Below, one piece after another: positions 28,105 through 37,220 of a DNA stretch of 64,000 nucleotides (the stretch's first letter is position 1; each line of letters opens with the position of its first letter). Under the pieces are notes generated by a model. That model made no database searches, was not told where the DNA came from, and worked only from the letters and a program-made list of their open reading frames with translations. Location of the stretch: the NCBI GenBank assembly GCA_018399055.1, contig CP073762.1, positions 1,912,831-1,976,830 on the forward strand, in the 5' to 3' direction. This DNA is from Simkaniaceae bacterium (GTDB taxonomy: Bacteria; Chlamydiota; Chlamydiia; Chlamydiales; Simkaniaceae). The position numbers and the translations under genes were made by a program.

Positions 28105-31100
28105 ATGGCAACTCGATTAGAACTCCCTCTTGATCGTCGCCTTTGCAACCTTCTTCCAACAGCTGGCACTCTCAACAGGCCAACAATCAAAACCCTAGCA
28201 AAAATGGCTAAAACAATAGAGGCCCATGCCATCAATATTATTGGCTCGATGTTGGCCCGGGCTTTCGGGAGAAATTATTTTGAAACTTTTAAGAAGTGTC
28301 ATCCTACTCCCATCCTCCAAAGAGCCTATTTAGAAGGTATGGAAATCATCCAAGCTACGAATGATTCTATTAAAAAAAGTTGCCCCCTTGAGCATAATAA
28401 GAGCCTGCAAAGGCGCATTGACGAAATGAACTTTAATAAAGTCCATTGCAGTGCCATGCAGTTTTGGAACTCATGGAAACGCCTAGGAATGGACGCGCAG
28501 TCCCGTCCTCTTGACAAAACAGTTGATGACTCTCTGTACGAGTATGCCGTCAATGCCCAAAAACAGATTGATCGCATGGTGGAGACTCTCTACTTCTATT
28601 TCGCAAATCCCTCTGAGCAAATTGAAGAACTCCCCTATGTCCTCCTTCCCTTAATCAACAGCGTGGCAATCAAACATCCTGAAAGAAACCTGTCATGGTA
28701 CGATATCGTCAAACTTTACGGAATCTATGTGGAAGACGCAAAAAAGCGTTCCGATGCGTTGATTGAGAATTTCCCCTTTCACCAAGTGATGAAAACACTC
28801 GATTGGAGCAGCCCTCCCTTGACCAAAAAAGTCCTCCCCAATCAATCCTTTCGTGAGTTTACCGCCAGAATGACAATCCGATCCATGGGACACTTCTTTG
28901 GATCTGAGATCCCAGAGCCGATAGAAAAATTACTGCTGCCCACCTTTATGGAAAATGAAGACATAAGAATTGAGCTGATAAACTTCATCTCCCATATTTG
29001 TAAAAAAATGAAAAAAGATCCTTTTTACTCAATGCCTGAGGAAGAACATCGCTCGTTAACAACAAAAAAGCATAGCAAGCTCTTCATCTTCTCACTGATG
29101 TCATTAAGAATTCACAGACTTCTTATCGAACCTGGAAAAATCGATCCTTCCTCTTCATTTATTTTATGGGCATTTGAAAGTAACAGAACCTGCGTCCAAC
29201 GTTTAGACTTCTTTCGATATCCAAAACCTAAGCATAAAAAAGGACAAGTGGATGAATTTTATTTTTCACCGGAAGAACTTGTCCCTTTAATCATGGAGCT
29301 ACAACCCCTGTATACAAATAATGGGGAACTCTTCCATGAAAATGCTCTAAACCTCGCCATGGGTTTTTTGCCCATTCCAAGAGAATCCCATCAACCTATT
29401 GTTCAACTTCTTACCGAGTGGAACAAACACCCACTGGCTTTAATTACAACAAAGCAAATTCTTGATTATCTTATTTTAGATCACAAAAGACCTATTGACG
29501 AAATGAACACTTTTTTACTTGGGTTGATGGAGCGGATTCCAAAAAATGTTCAAGGAAAAAGCAGAGAGTTTTTTGACTGTTTACCTAAAAGAGCTACGGG
29601 AAGGGTTGATGTCTTTTTTAAACAGATAGAGATAGAGACCTTCAATAGCTCTCTAAAAATTAAAGAGAATGAGACCATTGACGCTTCCCTTTACTTCTCG
29701 GTATTAGGCTACCTTATAGAGGAGAAGGTTTCAGTCTACCAATTTGATATCATAGAGCTTTATGAAGACCCCTCTTCTCCATTCAGCAGCAATCAAAAAC
29801 TTGACTTTTTGATTCGCGTAGCAGTTGAAAAATCCAGAAGTGACGCCGTTTTGGTAAAAAATCTTCAGACACTATGTCTCAACAGCCCCCTTTCTGAGCA
29901 TCTGTTGGATTCCTTACTCCTTGTCTCTGATATTAAAGAGGACGGCATACGCCTTACTTTAAAACTCTTTCAAAGCCGCCTCTTAAAGGGAGAATCACTA
30001 CCCACTGAATCAGTCAGAGAATTCCGCATGCATTCCCTTTCCCTCCTTTCCAAAACACTAGCTGAAGAGCACATTACCAAATGTTTTAGTGTCATTAACC
30101 AGTATAAGTATCCGTTTACTACATATCAAAAACTCCATATTTTTCACGAAATCTTATCCCTTCAGAACACTCCAAATCACCTTGACGATCTGCTCAAATT
30201 CATTACTCGATTCGAGGATTATATAGGAATGAACTTAGATGCTCAAACGGTCTGCAACCTTCTAACCTATCATCCAAATATTCAGCCTGGGGTAAACACC
30301 CTGACTTTCAAGCTCCTATCAACTCAGAAATCCCTCTTTGCAGACTCCAAAGAAGCCCACTCGTACACCTCAGGACTCCCAGAAAGCGTAACAGGGCCGA
30401 TTAATCGCTTGATGACTGCAATGAATGACGAAAAACGAAACAAAGAGTTAAAGGAAAGCACCTTTCTCCCCCAAAATGTTTTAACTACCTTCGAAGGCTA
30501 CCTTCTTTTTGCAACTCTAGAACCATTTGAAGAACTCAGATTTATCGTCTCTTGTCATCACTACCCCTATGCAAAAATCACACCCTCACAAATGACTGCA
30601 TATCTCGAGTCAAGCCACCGAAAACCTGCAAACGGAAGCCGTGCACTTCTTACAGAATTTACCAACCAGGTTCCCAAAAGTATTCAGGGGAAATCGGAAG
30701 TGTTTTTTGATTGTCTGTGCTTTGACCGCAATCTAACTCATCAAGAATTCCTAGCTAAGCAACAGCGTTTCAACCTTTTTTTAAGCTCTAATACCGAAAA
30801 AACTATTTCTGCCTCCCTCTATTTTGAAGCTTTTCTAGCCTTCCTCTCAGGAAGAATCATTCCTCATCATTTTGAGATATTCGATGCTTATCAAGATGAA
30901 CATCCCCATCTTGCAGCCAATCAAAAGCTCACTTTCCTAATGAGCGCTACAGACACTCCTCCCCTACCCCTTCCGATAAGTTTTGAAGATTCCGAGGTCG
31001 TGGATAGCATTGAGGAAAGTCTTTTCTTCCGCGCTCTGTCTCTCGCCTCTTCAGAAAGAGCTAGAGATATTGAGTGGGTCATGAAGCGTTTTGAAAGAGA

Positions 31101-33867
31101 GTTTTCTAAATTAAGCCTGAGTGAACATAGATTTCTCCTGAGTCAAGAGTTGCCTCGAATACCAGAAAGTCCCAAAGATGAACACATTGACTATATCAAA
31201 CGTGAAATCACTGAAACATTAGGTCATCCATTTAACCCCAAAGAGCTCCTTTATCTCTTTTATGCCCTTGTATCCTTTCAGGAAAAAGAACTCGAAATCT
31301 ATAGTCGTGCTCAGCTAGTCAAATTACTTGAAAAGTTTCAAGGACATCATATTAGTACTTCAAACGTTGTCCTTCTTTTGAGCCATGAAGAAGCCGTGGA
31401 CTACTCTTCCGCAGAAGCACGTTTACAAGATCTTGACCTAGTGCGCGAAGAGTTGATAAAAAAAGGTGCTATTGACTCCCCTAAACCTCCTGCCAAAACC
31501 CTAGAACAGATTCAAGATTTGGCATGTGAAATATTGAATCCCCTCAAACTCTTCTCACGCCCCGATTTAGCCGCCTTTATACTCTCTACCCTATACTCAG
31601 CCTCTGTCTACAATTCAATCGAGCACGTGACACGCACTCTTCCCACTGAAATTGATCGCCATTCAGCTGGCAACTCTTCCCTTGTTTTCCCTGAGCACTC
31701 TCCTAACGAAGCACTTCTTCCTCTTTCAATAGGGGAAAAGCTTGAAAAATACTTCTATCTTTCGTGGTCAATCTCAGATGGAAAAATTCTTGCGAATTTT
31801 TCCCTAGTTGCCGCAGATACTCTTGCTTCCTATTCCGGATCCGCTCTCTTCCCGCTTCCTATAAATCACTACCAGAGACTCGATGAGCTCTTTAACCTCT
31901 TTGCAAAAACTCTCTTCTATGTGGGGTGTGATGGTGTGGACCAAACAGATGTTCCCATAGAAACCCCTAAAGATTTCCAAAATCATCCAAAAATCCAGCC
32001 CTTCCTAGAAAAGATTTCGTATAAAAACAAAAAACCGATCATAGAGGCTCTCCACCTTTTCATTATTGCGATGCGTAGTGAACATCGAAAAGTTTTTCTC
32101 TCTCTAGCAACACACACAAAGCATAAGGATTCCCAGGCCTCCCCTCAAAATCTCCGTCCTGAAACTCTCTCATCCTTTGTGCGATCTGGAAATATTTTTC
32201 CTATGGGAATCTGCCATTCAATTGTTCCCCCAGAGGTCCTCGATCAAACGCGCCGCCTTGCTCCCTGTTACAGCTCATCTGAAGAAATCAAGCAGATTAA
32301 CACCCTTTCACTATTCTCTAACCTTCTGCTTCAACTCAAAGTAGAGATCTCTTTAATTATCACAGAAAACTATTTCCACATTGCAAAATTTCCCTGCACC
32401 CTAACCGTGCGCTCCGTAAAGATTGACTATGATAATCAAGCACTTCTAGAGCTTGAAAAAGAGCGAAGCGGTTACCAATCTGCAGGGATCGAAATTGTTT
32501 TAGAAACAACATTCATGAAGCAACCAATCAAAGCCCGAGTCATCTACCCAACAAACCAACTTCAAACAGAAGAAGAACTCAAAAAGTCCCTGAGTTGGCA
32601 GATAATGAGACTCAAACACTCTCTATATCTAAAAATTCTAGAGCTCCAAGAGTTTGCTGCATCTGTTAAAGCCAAAAAACCTGCTTTCTTAATTCTAGAA
32701 CTCCCTGACCATACTCATGCAATCAAGTTCACTGCCTCTCCCTTATCAGATGAAAAATATTCACTCTTTATCTCTTTTAGAAATGAACACTTTCACACTG
32801 CTGAGTATGACAAAAAAGCATTAGAAGATCTTAGCGAGTTAAAAAAGATTTTGATCGATGGAGCAGCTTTGATTCAAAAGGAAGCTGCAGACCTGAGCCT
32901 TGCAAGGGATAGCAATATACTTGAAAGTGCAGGATCTGAAGAAGTTCTCTTGATCAATGAAAATCATTGGGTAATTGATCCGGAAACGCTGCCAGCGTGT
33001 TGCCGTGAAAACGCTGAAAGCCTCTACTCTTCAAAAAATGAAATCGAATCTTTTCCATTCGATCCGGTTCTCTCAACAATAGAAGACTCTATGGGAGGTC
33101 ATTCTTTTACCGCTGCTTACCAGTTAGAACTCACAATCACCGAAAACCTTTGGAATGAAATAAAACTCCCGATGCTCTGGGAAGTTTCAAGGCAATCTGA
33201 AAAGATCTCCTATCGATTGAATGTCGATTGGATGAGGGGTGTGGGAGTATCTTTCACCGGAGGAGTCTGTTTCTTTTTGCAACCAGAATACACCAAAAAC
33301 AGATTGAGCTATCACGTAGCTCTTTTAAAAACTAAGGTCTATATACTCCTCCACTCGCTCCAACCCTTTCTCAAACGACTCATGAATAAAGAAGATAGTC
33401 ATTGGAAATTTCCCTTACCCTTAGACTCCTACATCCAGGTCAAAGGCACCTCCGAAGAAGAAAATTATCGATTGATTTTTATAGAATCTTTCGGGAAAGA
33501 GTGCTCTAGAAAAGAAGTGATCGCATATTACTCTGAAATCCAAAATGAAAGTGATCTATTGAACTTACTAAGCCAACACCTCCGCCTATCTTCAGCAGAA
33601 ACCTTCCCTAAAACCTCCCTTCCCCTATCACCCAATACGCAAAAAGATCCTCATGAAATTCAGTTTGAGCCGATCCCTAATCAGGAGCTATCTTCCAAAA
33701 CGCCAGAACCCCCCTCTCAGGAAAGCACCTCCAAACCATCCAGGCTAGATCAGGTTACAGGATGGATTGGAGGGCTACTGTTTGAGAAAAAAGAAGAAGG
33801 CTCTCTTCGTACCAGTGAATCAAGTATTGGATCCGAAGGCTCTAGTGGCGATGCAGATGATTATTGA
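28105..33867 (+). CDS. Giant (~1,920 aa) hypothetical protein with an internal duplicated module
   Basis: Uninterrupted ORF. No signal peptide or TM segment seen. Repeated ~125-aa module at ~29440..29825 and ~30570..30950. Ser/Glu-rich tail. Confidence 0.75.
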   Translation: MATRLELPLDRRLCNLLPTAGTLNRPTIKTLAKMAKTIEAHAINIIGSMLARAFGRNYFETFKKCHPTPILQRAYLEGMEIIQATNDSIKKSCPLEHNKSLQRRIDEMNFNKVHCSAMQFWNSWKRLGMDAQSRPLDKTVDDSLYEYAVNAQKQIDRMVETLYFYFANPSEQIEELPYVLLPLINSVAIKHPERNLSWYDIVKLYGIYVEDAKKRSDALIENFPFHQVMKTLDWSSPPLTKKVLPNQSFREFTARMTIRSMGHFFGSEIPEPIEKLLLPTFMENEDIRIELINFISHICKKMKKDPFYSMPEEEHRSLTTKKHSKLFIFSLMSLRIHRLLIEPGKIDPSSSFILWAFESNRTCVQRLDFFRYPKPKHKKGQVDEFYFSPEELVPLIMELQPLYTNNGELFHENALNLAMGFLPIPRESHQPIVQLLTEWNKHPLALITTKQILDYLILDHKRPIDEMNTFLLGLMERIPKNVQGKSREFFDCLPKRATGRVDVFFKQIEIETFNSSLKIKENETIDASLYFSVLGYLIEEKVSVYQFDIIELYEDPSSPFSSNQKLDFLIRVAVEKSRSDAVLVKNLQTLCLNSPLSEHLLDSLLLVSDIKEDGIRLTLKLFQSRLLKGESLPTESVREFRMHSLSLLSKTLAEEHITKCFSVINQYKYPFTTYQKLHIFHEILSLQNTPNHLDDLLKFITRFEDYIGMNLDAQTVCNLLTYHPNIQPGVNTLTFKLLSTQKSLFADSKEAHSYTSGLPESVTGPINRLMTAMNDEKRNKELKESTFLPQNVLTTFEGYLLFATLEPFEELRFIVSCHHYPYAKITPSQMTAYLESSHRKPANGSRALLTEFTNQVPKSIQGKSEVFFDCLCFDRNLTHQEFLAKQQRFNLFLSSNTEKTISASLYFEAFLAFLSGRIIPHHFEIFDAYQDEHPHLAANQKLTFLMSATDTPPLPLPISFEDSEVVDSIEESLFFRALSLASSERARDIEWVMKRFEREFSKLSLSEHRFLLSQELPRIPESPKDEHIDYIKREITETLGHPFNPKELLYLFYALVSFQEKELEIYSRAQLVKLLEKFQGHHISTSNVVLLLSHEEAVDYSSAEARLQDLDLVREELIKKGAIDSPKPPAKTLEQIQDLACEILNPLKLFSRPDLAAFILSTLYSASVYNSIEHVTRTLPTEIDRHSAGNSSLVFPEHSPNEALLPLSIGEKLEKYFYLSWSISDGKILANFSLVAADTLASYSGSALFPLPINHYQRLDELFNLFAKTLFYVGCDGVDQTDVPIETPKDFQNHPKIQPFLEKISYKNKKPIIEALHLFIIAMRSEHRKVFLSLATHTKHKDSQASPQNLRPETLSSFVRSGNIFPMGICHSIVPPEVLDQTRRLAPCYSSSEEIKQINTLSLFSNLLLQLKVEISLIITENYFHIAKFPCTLTVRSVKIDYDNQALLELEKERSGYQSAGIEIVLETTFMKQPIKARVIYPTNQLQTEEELKKSLSWQIMRLKHSLYLKILELQEFAASVKAKKPAFLILELPDHTHAIKFTASPLSDEKYSLFISFRNEHFHTAEYDKKALEDLSELKKILIDGAALIQKEAADLSLARDSNILESAGSEEVLLINENHWVIDPETLPACCRENAESLYSSKNEIESFPFDPVLSTIEDSMGGHSFTAAYQLELTITENLWNEIKLPMLWEVSRQSEKISYRLNVDWMRGVGVSFTGGVCFFLQPEYTKNRLSYHVALLKTKVYILLHSLQPFLKRLMNKEDSHWKFPLPLDSYIQVKGTSEEENYRLIFIESFGKECSRKEVIAYYSEIQNESDLLNLLSQHLRLSSAETFPKTSLPLSPNTQKDPHEIQFEPIPNQELSSKTPEPPSQESTSKPSRLDQVTGWIGGLLFEKKEEGSLRTSESSIGSEGSSGDADDY

Positions 33868-33881
33868 ACTTTACGAATTGC

Positions 33882-34325
33882 TTATCGAGAAAGAAGGAAG
33901 GTCACAGGCCCATCATTTACGAGATGCACCTCCATATGAGAGCCGAAAGATCCTATTTCCACTGCATCAGCGCCCATCTTGTCCCGCAACTGCGCCACAA
34001 AAGACTCGTAACATGAACGAGCCTGGGGAGGAGACATCGTTTCGGTAAAAGAAGGACGACGCCCTTTATCGCAATCCCCATATAGAGTGAACTGAGAGAC
34101 AACCAAGATTCCTCCCTGTGCATCTATGATAGAACGATTCATCTTTCCCTCACTATCTTCAAAGATCCTCATATTTATAACCTTATCGACAAGCCAGGGG
34201 ATTTTCTCCTCATGATCGTCCTTGTGAATACCTAAAAAAAGAAGGAGCCCTCCACCAATTTCACCCACAACTTTTTCTTCAACTGTGACTCGGGCCTCTT
34301 TCACCCGTTGGATCAATACGCGCAT
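33882..34325 (-). CDS. dtd: D-aminoacyl-tRNA deacylase
   Basis: [15 protein letters not shown]..., SQFTLYGD motif. Confidence 0.9.
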   Translation of the reverse strand: MRVLIQRVKEARVTVEEKVVGEIGGGLLLFLGIHKDDHEEKIPWLVDKVINMRIFEDSEGKMNRSIIDAQGGILVVSQFTLYGDCDKGRRPSFTETMSPPQARSCYESFVAQLRDKMGADAVEIGSFGSHMEVHLVNDGPVTFLLSR

Positions 34326-34351
34326 AAAACTATTATATAAGATCTGGGAAA

Positions 34352-36115
34352 TTAAGAGATTCGTTTTTCAAGATTATTGAGTTCTTCGAGAATACCTTTT
34401 GGAAGATGTCCTCCAAAAAGCTTGTAATATTCGCGCAGTCCCTTCACCTCTTCCTTCCAAAGAGAAGGATCTATTGCAAAGAGCTCTTTTTGAGCATCGA
34501 AATTTTTAGGCAGTAGGCCAACGGGACTATCAATGGCTTCCCCAGTTCCTTCACACCGCTTAAAGATCCATTTTAATACATGGATATTCTCTCCAAATCC
34601 AGGCCATAGAAACTTTCCATCTTTCCCTTTCCGAAACCAATTTACATGGTAGATTTTCGGGGCTTTGGATCCAAGAAGCTCTCCCATTTCAAGCCAATGA
34701 CCAAAATAGTCTCCCATATTGTAGCCACAAAAAGGAAGCATCGCAAAAGGATCGTGACGAAGCTCCCCAATCTTTCCAGCAGCAGCTGCCGTCATTTCTG
34801 AAGAAAGAGAGGTTCCTAAAAACGTGCCGTGTTGCCAAGAGAGACTTTCAATAACGAGAGGGACAACGCTTTCCCTTCGCCCCCCAAAAATAATCCCAGA
34901 AATCGGGACACCATTCACATCTTCGAAAGCAGGATCAATCACAGGACATTGCTTGGCGGGAGCAGTAAATCGAGAGTTCGGATGGGCCGCCTTTTCTTTT
35001 GAGTCAGGAGTCCAATCTCTTCCCTTCCAATCGGTTAAATGGGCAGGAGGTGTCTCACTCATTCCTTCCCACCACACGTCCCCATCATCGGTAAGGGCAA
35101 CATTGGTAAAGATTGAGTTGCTCTTCATCGACTCCATCGCATTCGGATTGGAATCGTAAGAGGTTCCAGGAGCGACACCAAAGAACCCATTTTCAGGATT
35201 AATAGCATAAAGGCGCCCATCAGAGCCAATTTTCATCCAGGCAATGTCATCCCCAACACATTCAACCTTCCATCCAGGAAGAGAAGATTGCAGCATTGCT
35301 AAATTCGTTTTTCCACAAGCACTTGGGAAAGCCGCAACAAAAAAACGCTTCCTTCCTTCGGGATTTGTGACTCCGACAATGAGCATATGCTCTGCCATCC
35401 ACTTTTCATCGCGCCCCTTTGCAGAAGCGATTCGAAGCGCTAAACACTTTTTGCCCAGTAGAGCATTGCCCCCATACCCACTTCCATAGGACCAGATCTC
35501 TCGCTCTTCGGGGAAGTGTACAATGTATTTGCTGTCTGCTCTACAGGGCCAAAAAGAGTCCTTCTTTCCCTTTTCAAGTGGAACTCCCACTGAATGAAGA
35601 CACGGAACAAAATCGCCATCAACCCCTAAAACCTCAAGCGCTTTTTTCCCCATCCGCGTCATAATAAATGTATTTGCAACGACATAGGGACTATCGGTGA
35701 TCTGCACCCCTATGACAGAAAGAGACGAGCCAAAGGGCCCCATGCTAAAAGGGATAACATACATCTTTCTCCCCTTCATGCACCCTTTGAAAAGACCAAT
35801 CAAGATCTGCTTCATCTTCTTTGGCTCTTCCCAGTTGTTTGTCGGACCCGAATCCTCCTTCCTAAGAGAGCAAATGAATGTGCGGTCTTCTACACGTGCA
35901 ACATCCTCAGGATCAGAGCGACACCAATACGATTTAGGACGCTTGGAAAGGGGAACAAAAACTCCCGCATCCACAAGCTCCTGACACACCGCATCATGCT
36001 CCTCCTGAGAGCCATCACAAAGCTGAACGCTGTCAGGCTGACAGAGCTTTTCCATGTCTTTGATCCAAGCGGCTAGCCGCGCATGCTTCATCTCCATATC
36101 TCCCCCATACCACAC
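34352..36115 (-). CDS. pckG: Phosphoenolpyruvate carboxykinase (GTP)
   Basis: [13 protein letters not shown] kinase-1a motif, GDDIAWM and WMAEHMLI. Size is typical of GTP-PEPCK. Confidence 0.92.
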   Translation of the reverse strand: MWYGGDMEMKHARLAAWIKDMEKLCQPDSVQLCDGSQEEHDAVCQELVDAGVFVPLSKRPKSYWCRSDPEDVARVEDRTFICSLRKEDSGPTNNWEEPKKMKQILIGLFKGCMKGRKMYVIPFSMGPFGSSLSVIGVQITDSPYVVANTFIMTRMGKKALEVLGVDGDFVPCLHSVGVPLEKGKKDSFWPCRADSKYIVHFPEEREIWSYGSGYGGNALLGKKCLALRIASAKGRDEKWMAEHMLIVGVTNPEGRKRFFVAAFPSACGKTNLAMLQSSLPGWKVECVGDDIAWMKIGSDGRLYAINPENGFFGVAPGTSYDSNPNAMESMKSNSIFTNVALTDDGDVWWEGMSETPPAHLTDWKGRDWTPDSKEKAAHPNSRFTAPAKQCPVIDPAFEDVNGVPISGIIFGGRRESVVPLVIESLSWQHGTFLGTSLSSEMTAAAAGKIGELRHDPFAMLPFCGYNMGDYFGHWLEMGELLGSKAPKIYHVNWFRKGKDGKFLWPGFGENIHVLKWIFKRCEGTGEAIDSPVGLLPKNFDAQKELFAIDPSLWKEEVKGLREYYKLFGGHLPKGILEELNNLEKRIS

Positions 36116-36132
36116 AGGAAATACTAGTCGAA

Positions 36133-36176
36133 GAAAAAAAAGAGGGGAGCTCAGGGCCGAGGCCCTGAGCTCCCCT
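36133..36176 (-). terminator. Strong Rho-independent terminator closing the toxin/immunity operon
   Basis: 17-bp perfect stem GAGGGGAGCTCAGGGCC / GGCCCTGAGCTCCCCTC, followed on the minus strand by T8. Confidence 0.85.
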
Positions 36177-36208
36177 CCTCTCTCTAAAAAGTTTTTAATC
36201 TATGGAAT

Positions 36209-36583
36209 TCACTCTTTGGTCAATTCTTCGTAAACAAGCTTAGCATATTCTCGGATCCTATTCCACTTGGGGTCAACAACAATTTCTGCATCACTCTCCG
36301 GACGATCTTCACTTGAGTCATAAACATCCACCATATCGTAAAATCTCTTAAGCATCTGATATTGTTTGTCAATCATCTCAATACGCCCTTCATCCCTTCC
36401 CTCAAACACAGCATGCGCCTCTTCTAAAAAATACATGATAGTATTTTCATAGCATGCATAGTCTCTTGGGTTTTTGCGAGCTACCCATTGACAAGTTTGG
36501 TATGTTTTATCCGACATTTCCTTGATCGTATCAATAATCGCAAGAAAAGCAGGGGCTTTTTCTTTCCTTTTCATCGCTACCAT
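36209..36583 (-). CDS. Candidate immunity protein, copy 2 (paired with the orphan toxin tip)
   Basis: 124 aa. Paralog of 36846..37220, with identical ends (MVAMKRKEKAPAFLAIIDTIKE..., ...REYAKLVYEELTKE) and a diverged middle. The ATG overlaps the upstream stop (ATGGTAG). Confidence 0.7.
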   Translation of the reverse strand: MVAMKRKEKAPAFLAIIDTIKEMSDKTYQTCQWVARKNPRDYACYENTIMYFLEEAHAVFEGRDEGRIEMIDKQYQMLKRFYDMVDVYDSSEDRPESDAEIVVDPKWNRIREYAKLVYEELTKE

Positions 36584-36849
36584 CCTTTGAACTCAAACTC
36601 CCCTAGGGGAATGTGCGATTCTTTTAGGTTTTTGTTGACGAGCTTACCCGATTTAGAGACTGCATCAGCACCTTTTCTCTGGATAACATAAGGTTTTCTT
36701 TGCATAGGATTAGGACTTTTTGGATTGCCAGGCATCACTCGCACTAGAACGCACTGCTCACTTGTTGTTCCTGGCTTAATGTAGACCATATCACCACTTT
36801 TCTCGGAGATTTTAACAACGGCATCTCTTGGAAGCCCTTTGGGATTCAC
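36577..36849 (-). CDS. Orphan toxin C-terminal domain (90 aa)
   Basis: Near-copy of the last ~90 aa of 37214..39421 (PRDAVVKISEKSG.M.YIKPGTT..QCV.VRVMPGNPKSPNP.QRKPYV.QRKGADAVSKSGKL.N.NL.E.HIPLGEFEFKGW). The GTG start overlaps the stop of the preceding immunity gene. Confidence 0.65.
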   Translation of the reverse strand: MNPKGLPRDAVVKISEKSGDMVYIKPGTTSEQCVLVRVMPGNPKSPNPMQRKPYVIQRKGADAVSKSGKLVNKNLKESHIPLGEFEFKGW

Positions 36850-37220
36850 TCTTTGGTCAATTCTTCGTAAACAAGCTTGGCATACTCTCGGATCCTATGC
36901 CACTTGGGGTCAGCAACAATTTCTGCATCACTCTCCGGACGATCTTCACTTGAGTCATAAATATCCACCATATCATAGAGTTTCTTAAGCATTTGATACT
37001 GCATATTAGTAAGCTGGATATCGCTATCATTTCTGCTTTCCAAAACAGCATCAGTATCTTCAATAAAATACATGACAGCATTTTCATAACATGCATAGTC
37101 TTTTGAGTTTTTGCGAGCTACCCATTGACAAGTTTGGTACTTTTTATCTGATATTTCCTTGATCGTATCAATAATCGCAAGAAAAGCAGGGGCTTTTTCT
37201 TTCCTTTTCATCGCTACCAT
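36846..37220 (-). CDS. Candidate immunity protein, copy 1
   Basis: 124 aa. The ATG lies inside the last codons of the toxin gene (GGATGGTAG), indicating translational coupling. Confidence 0.7.
   Translation of the reverse strand: MVAMKRKEKAPAFLAIIDTIKEISDKKYQTCQWVARKNSKDYACYENAVMYFIEDTDAVLESRNDSDIQLTNMQYQMLKKLYDMVDIYDSSEDRPESDAEIVADPKWHRIREYAKLVYEELTKE

Noticed and set aside
33767..34048. 93-aa plus-strand ORF overlapping the end of the giant gene and antisense to dtd.
   Set aside because: It is nested in or antisense to two well-supported genes. The product is not recognisable.
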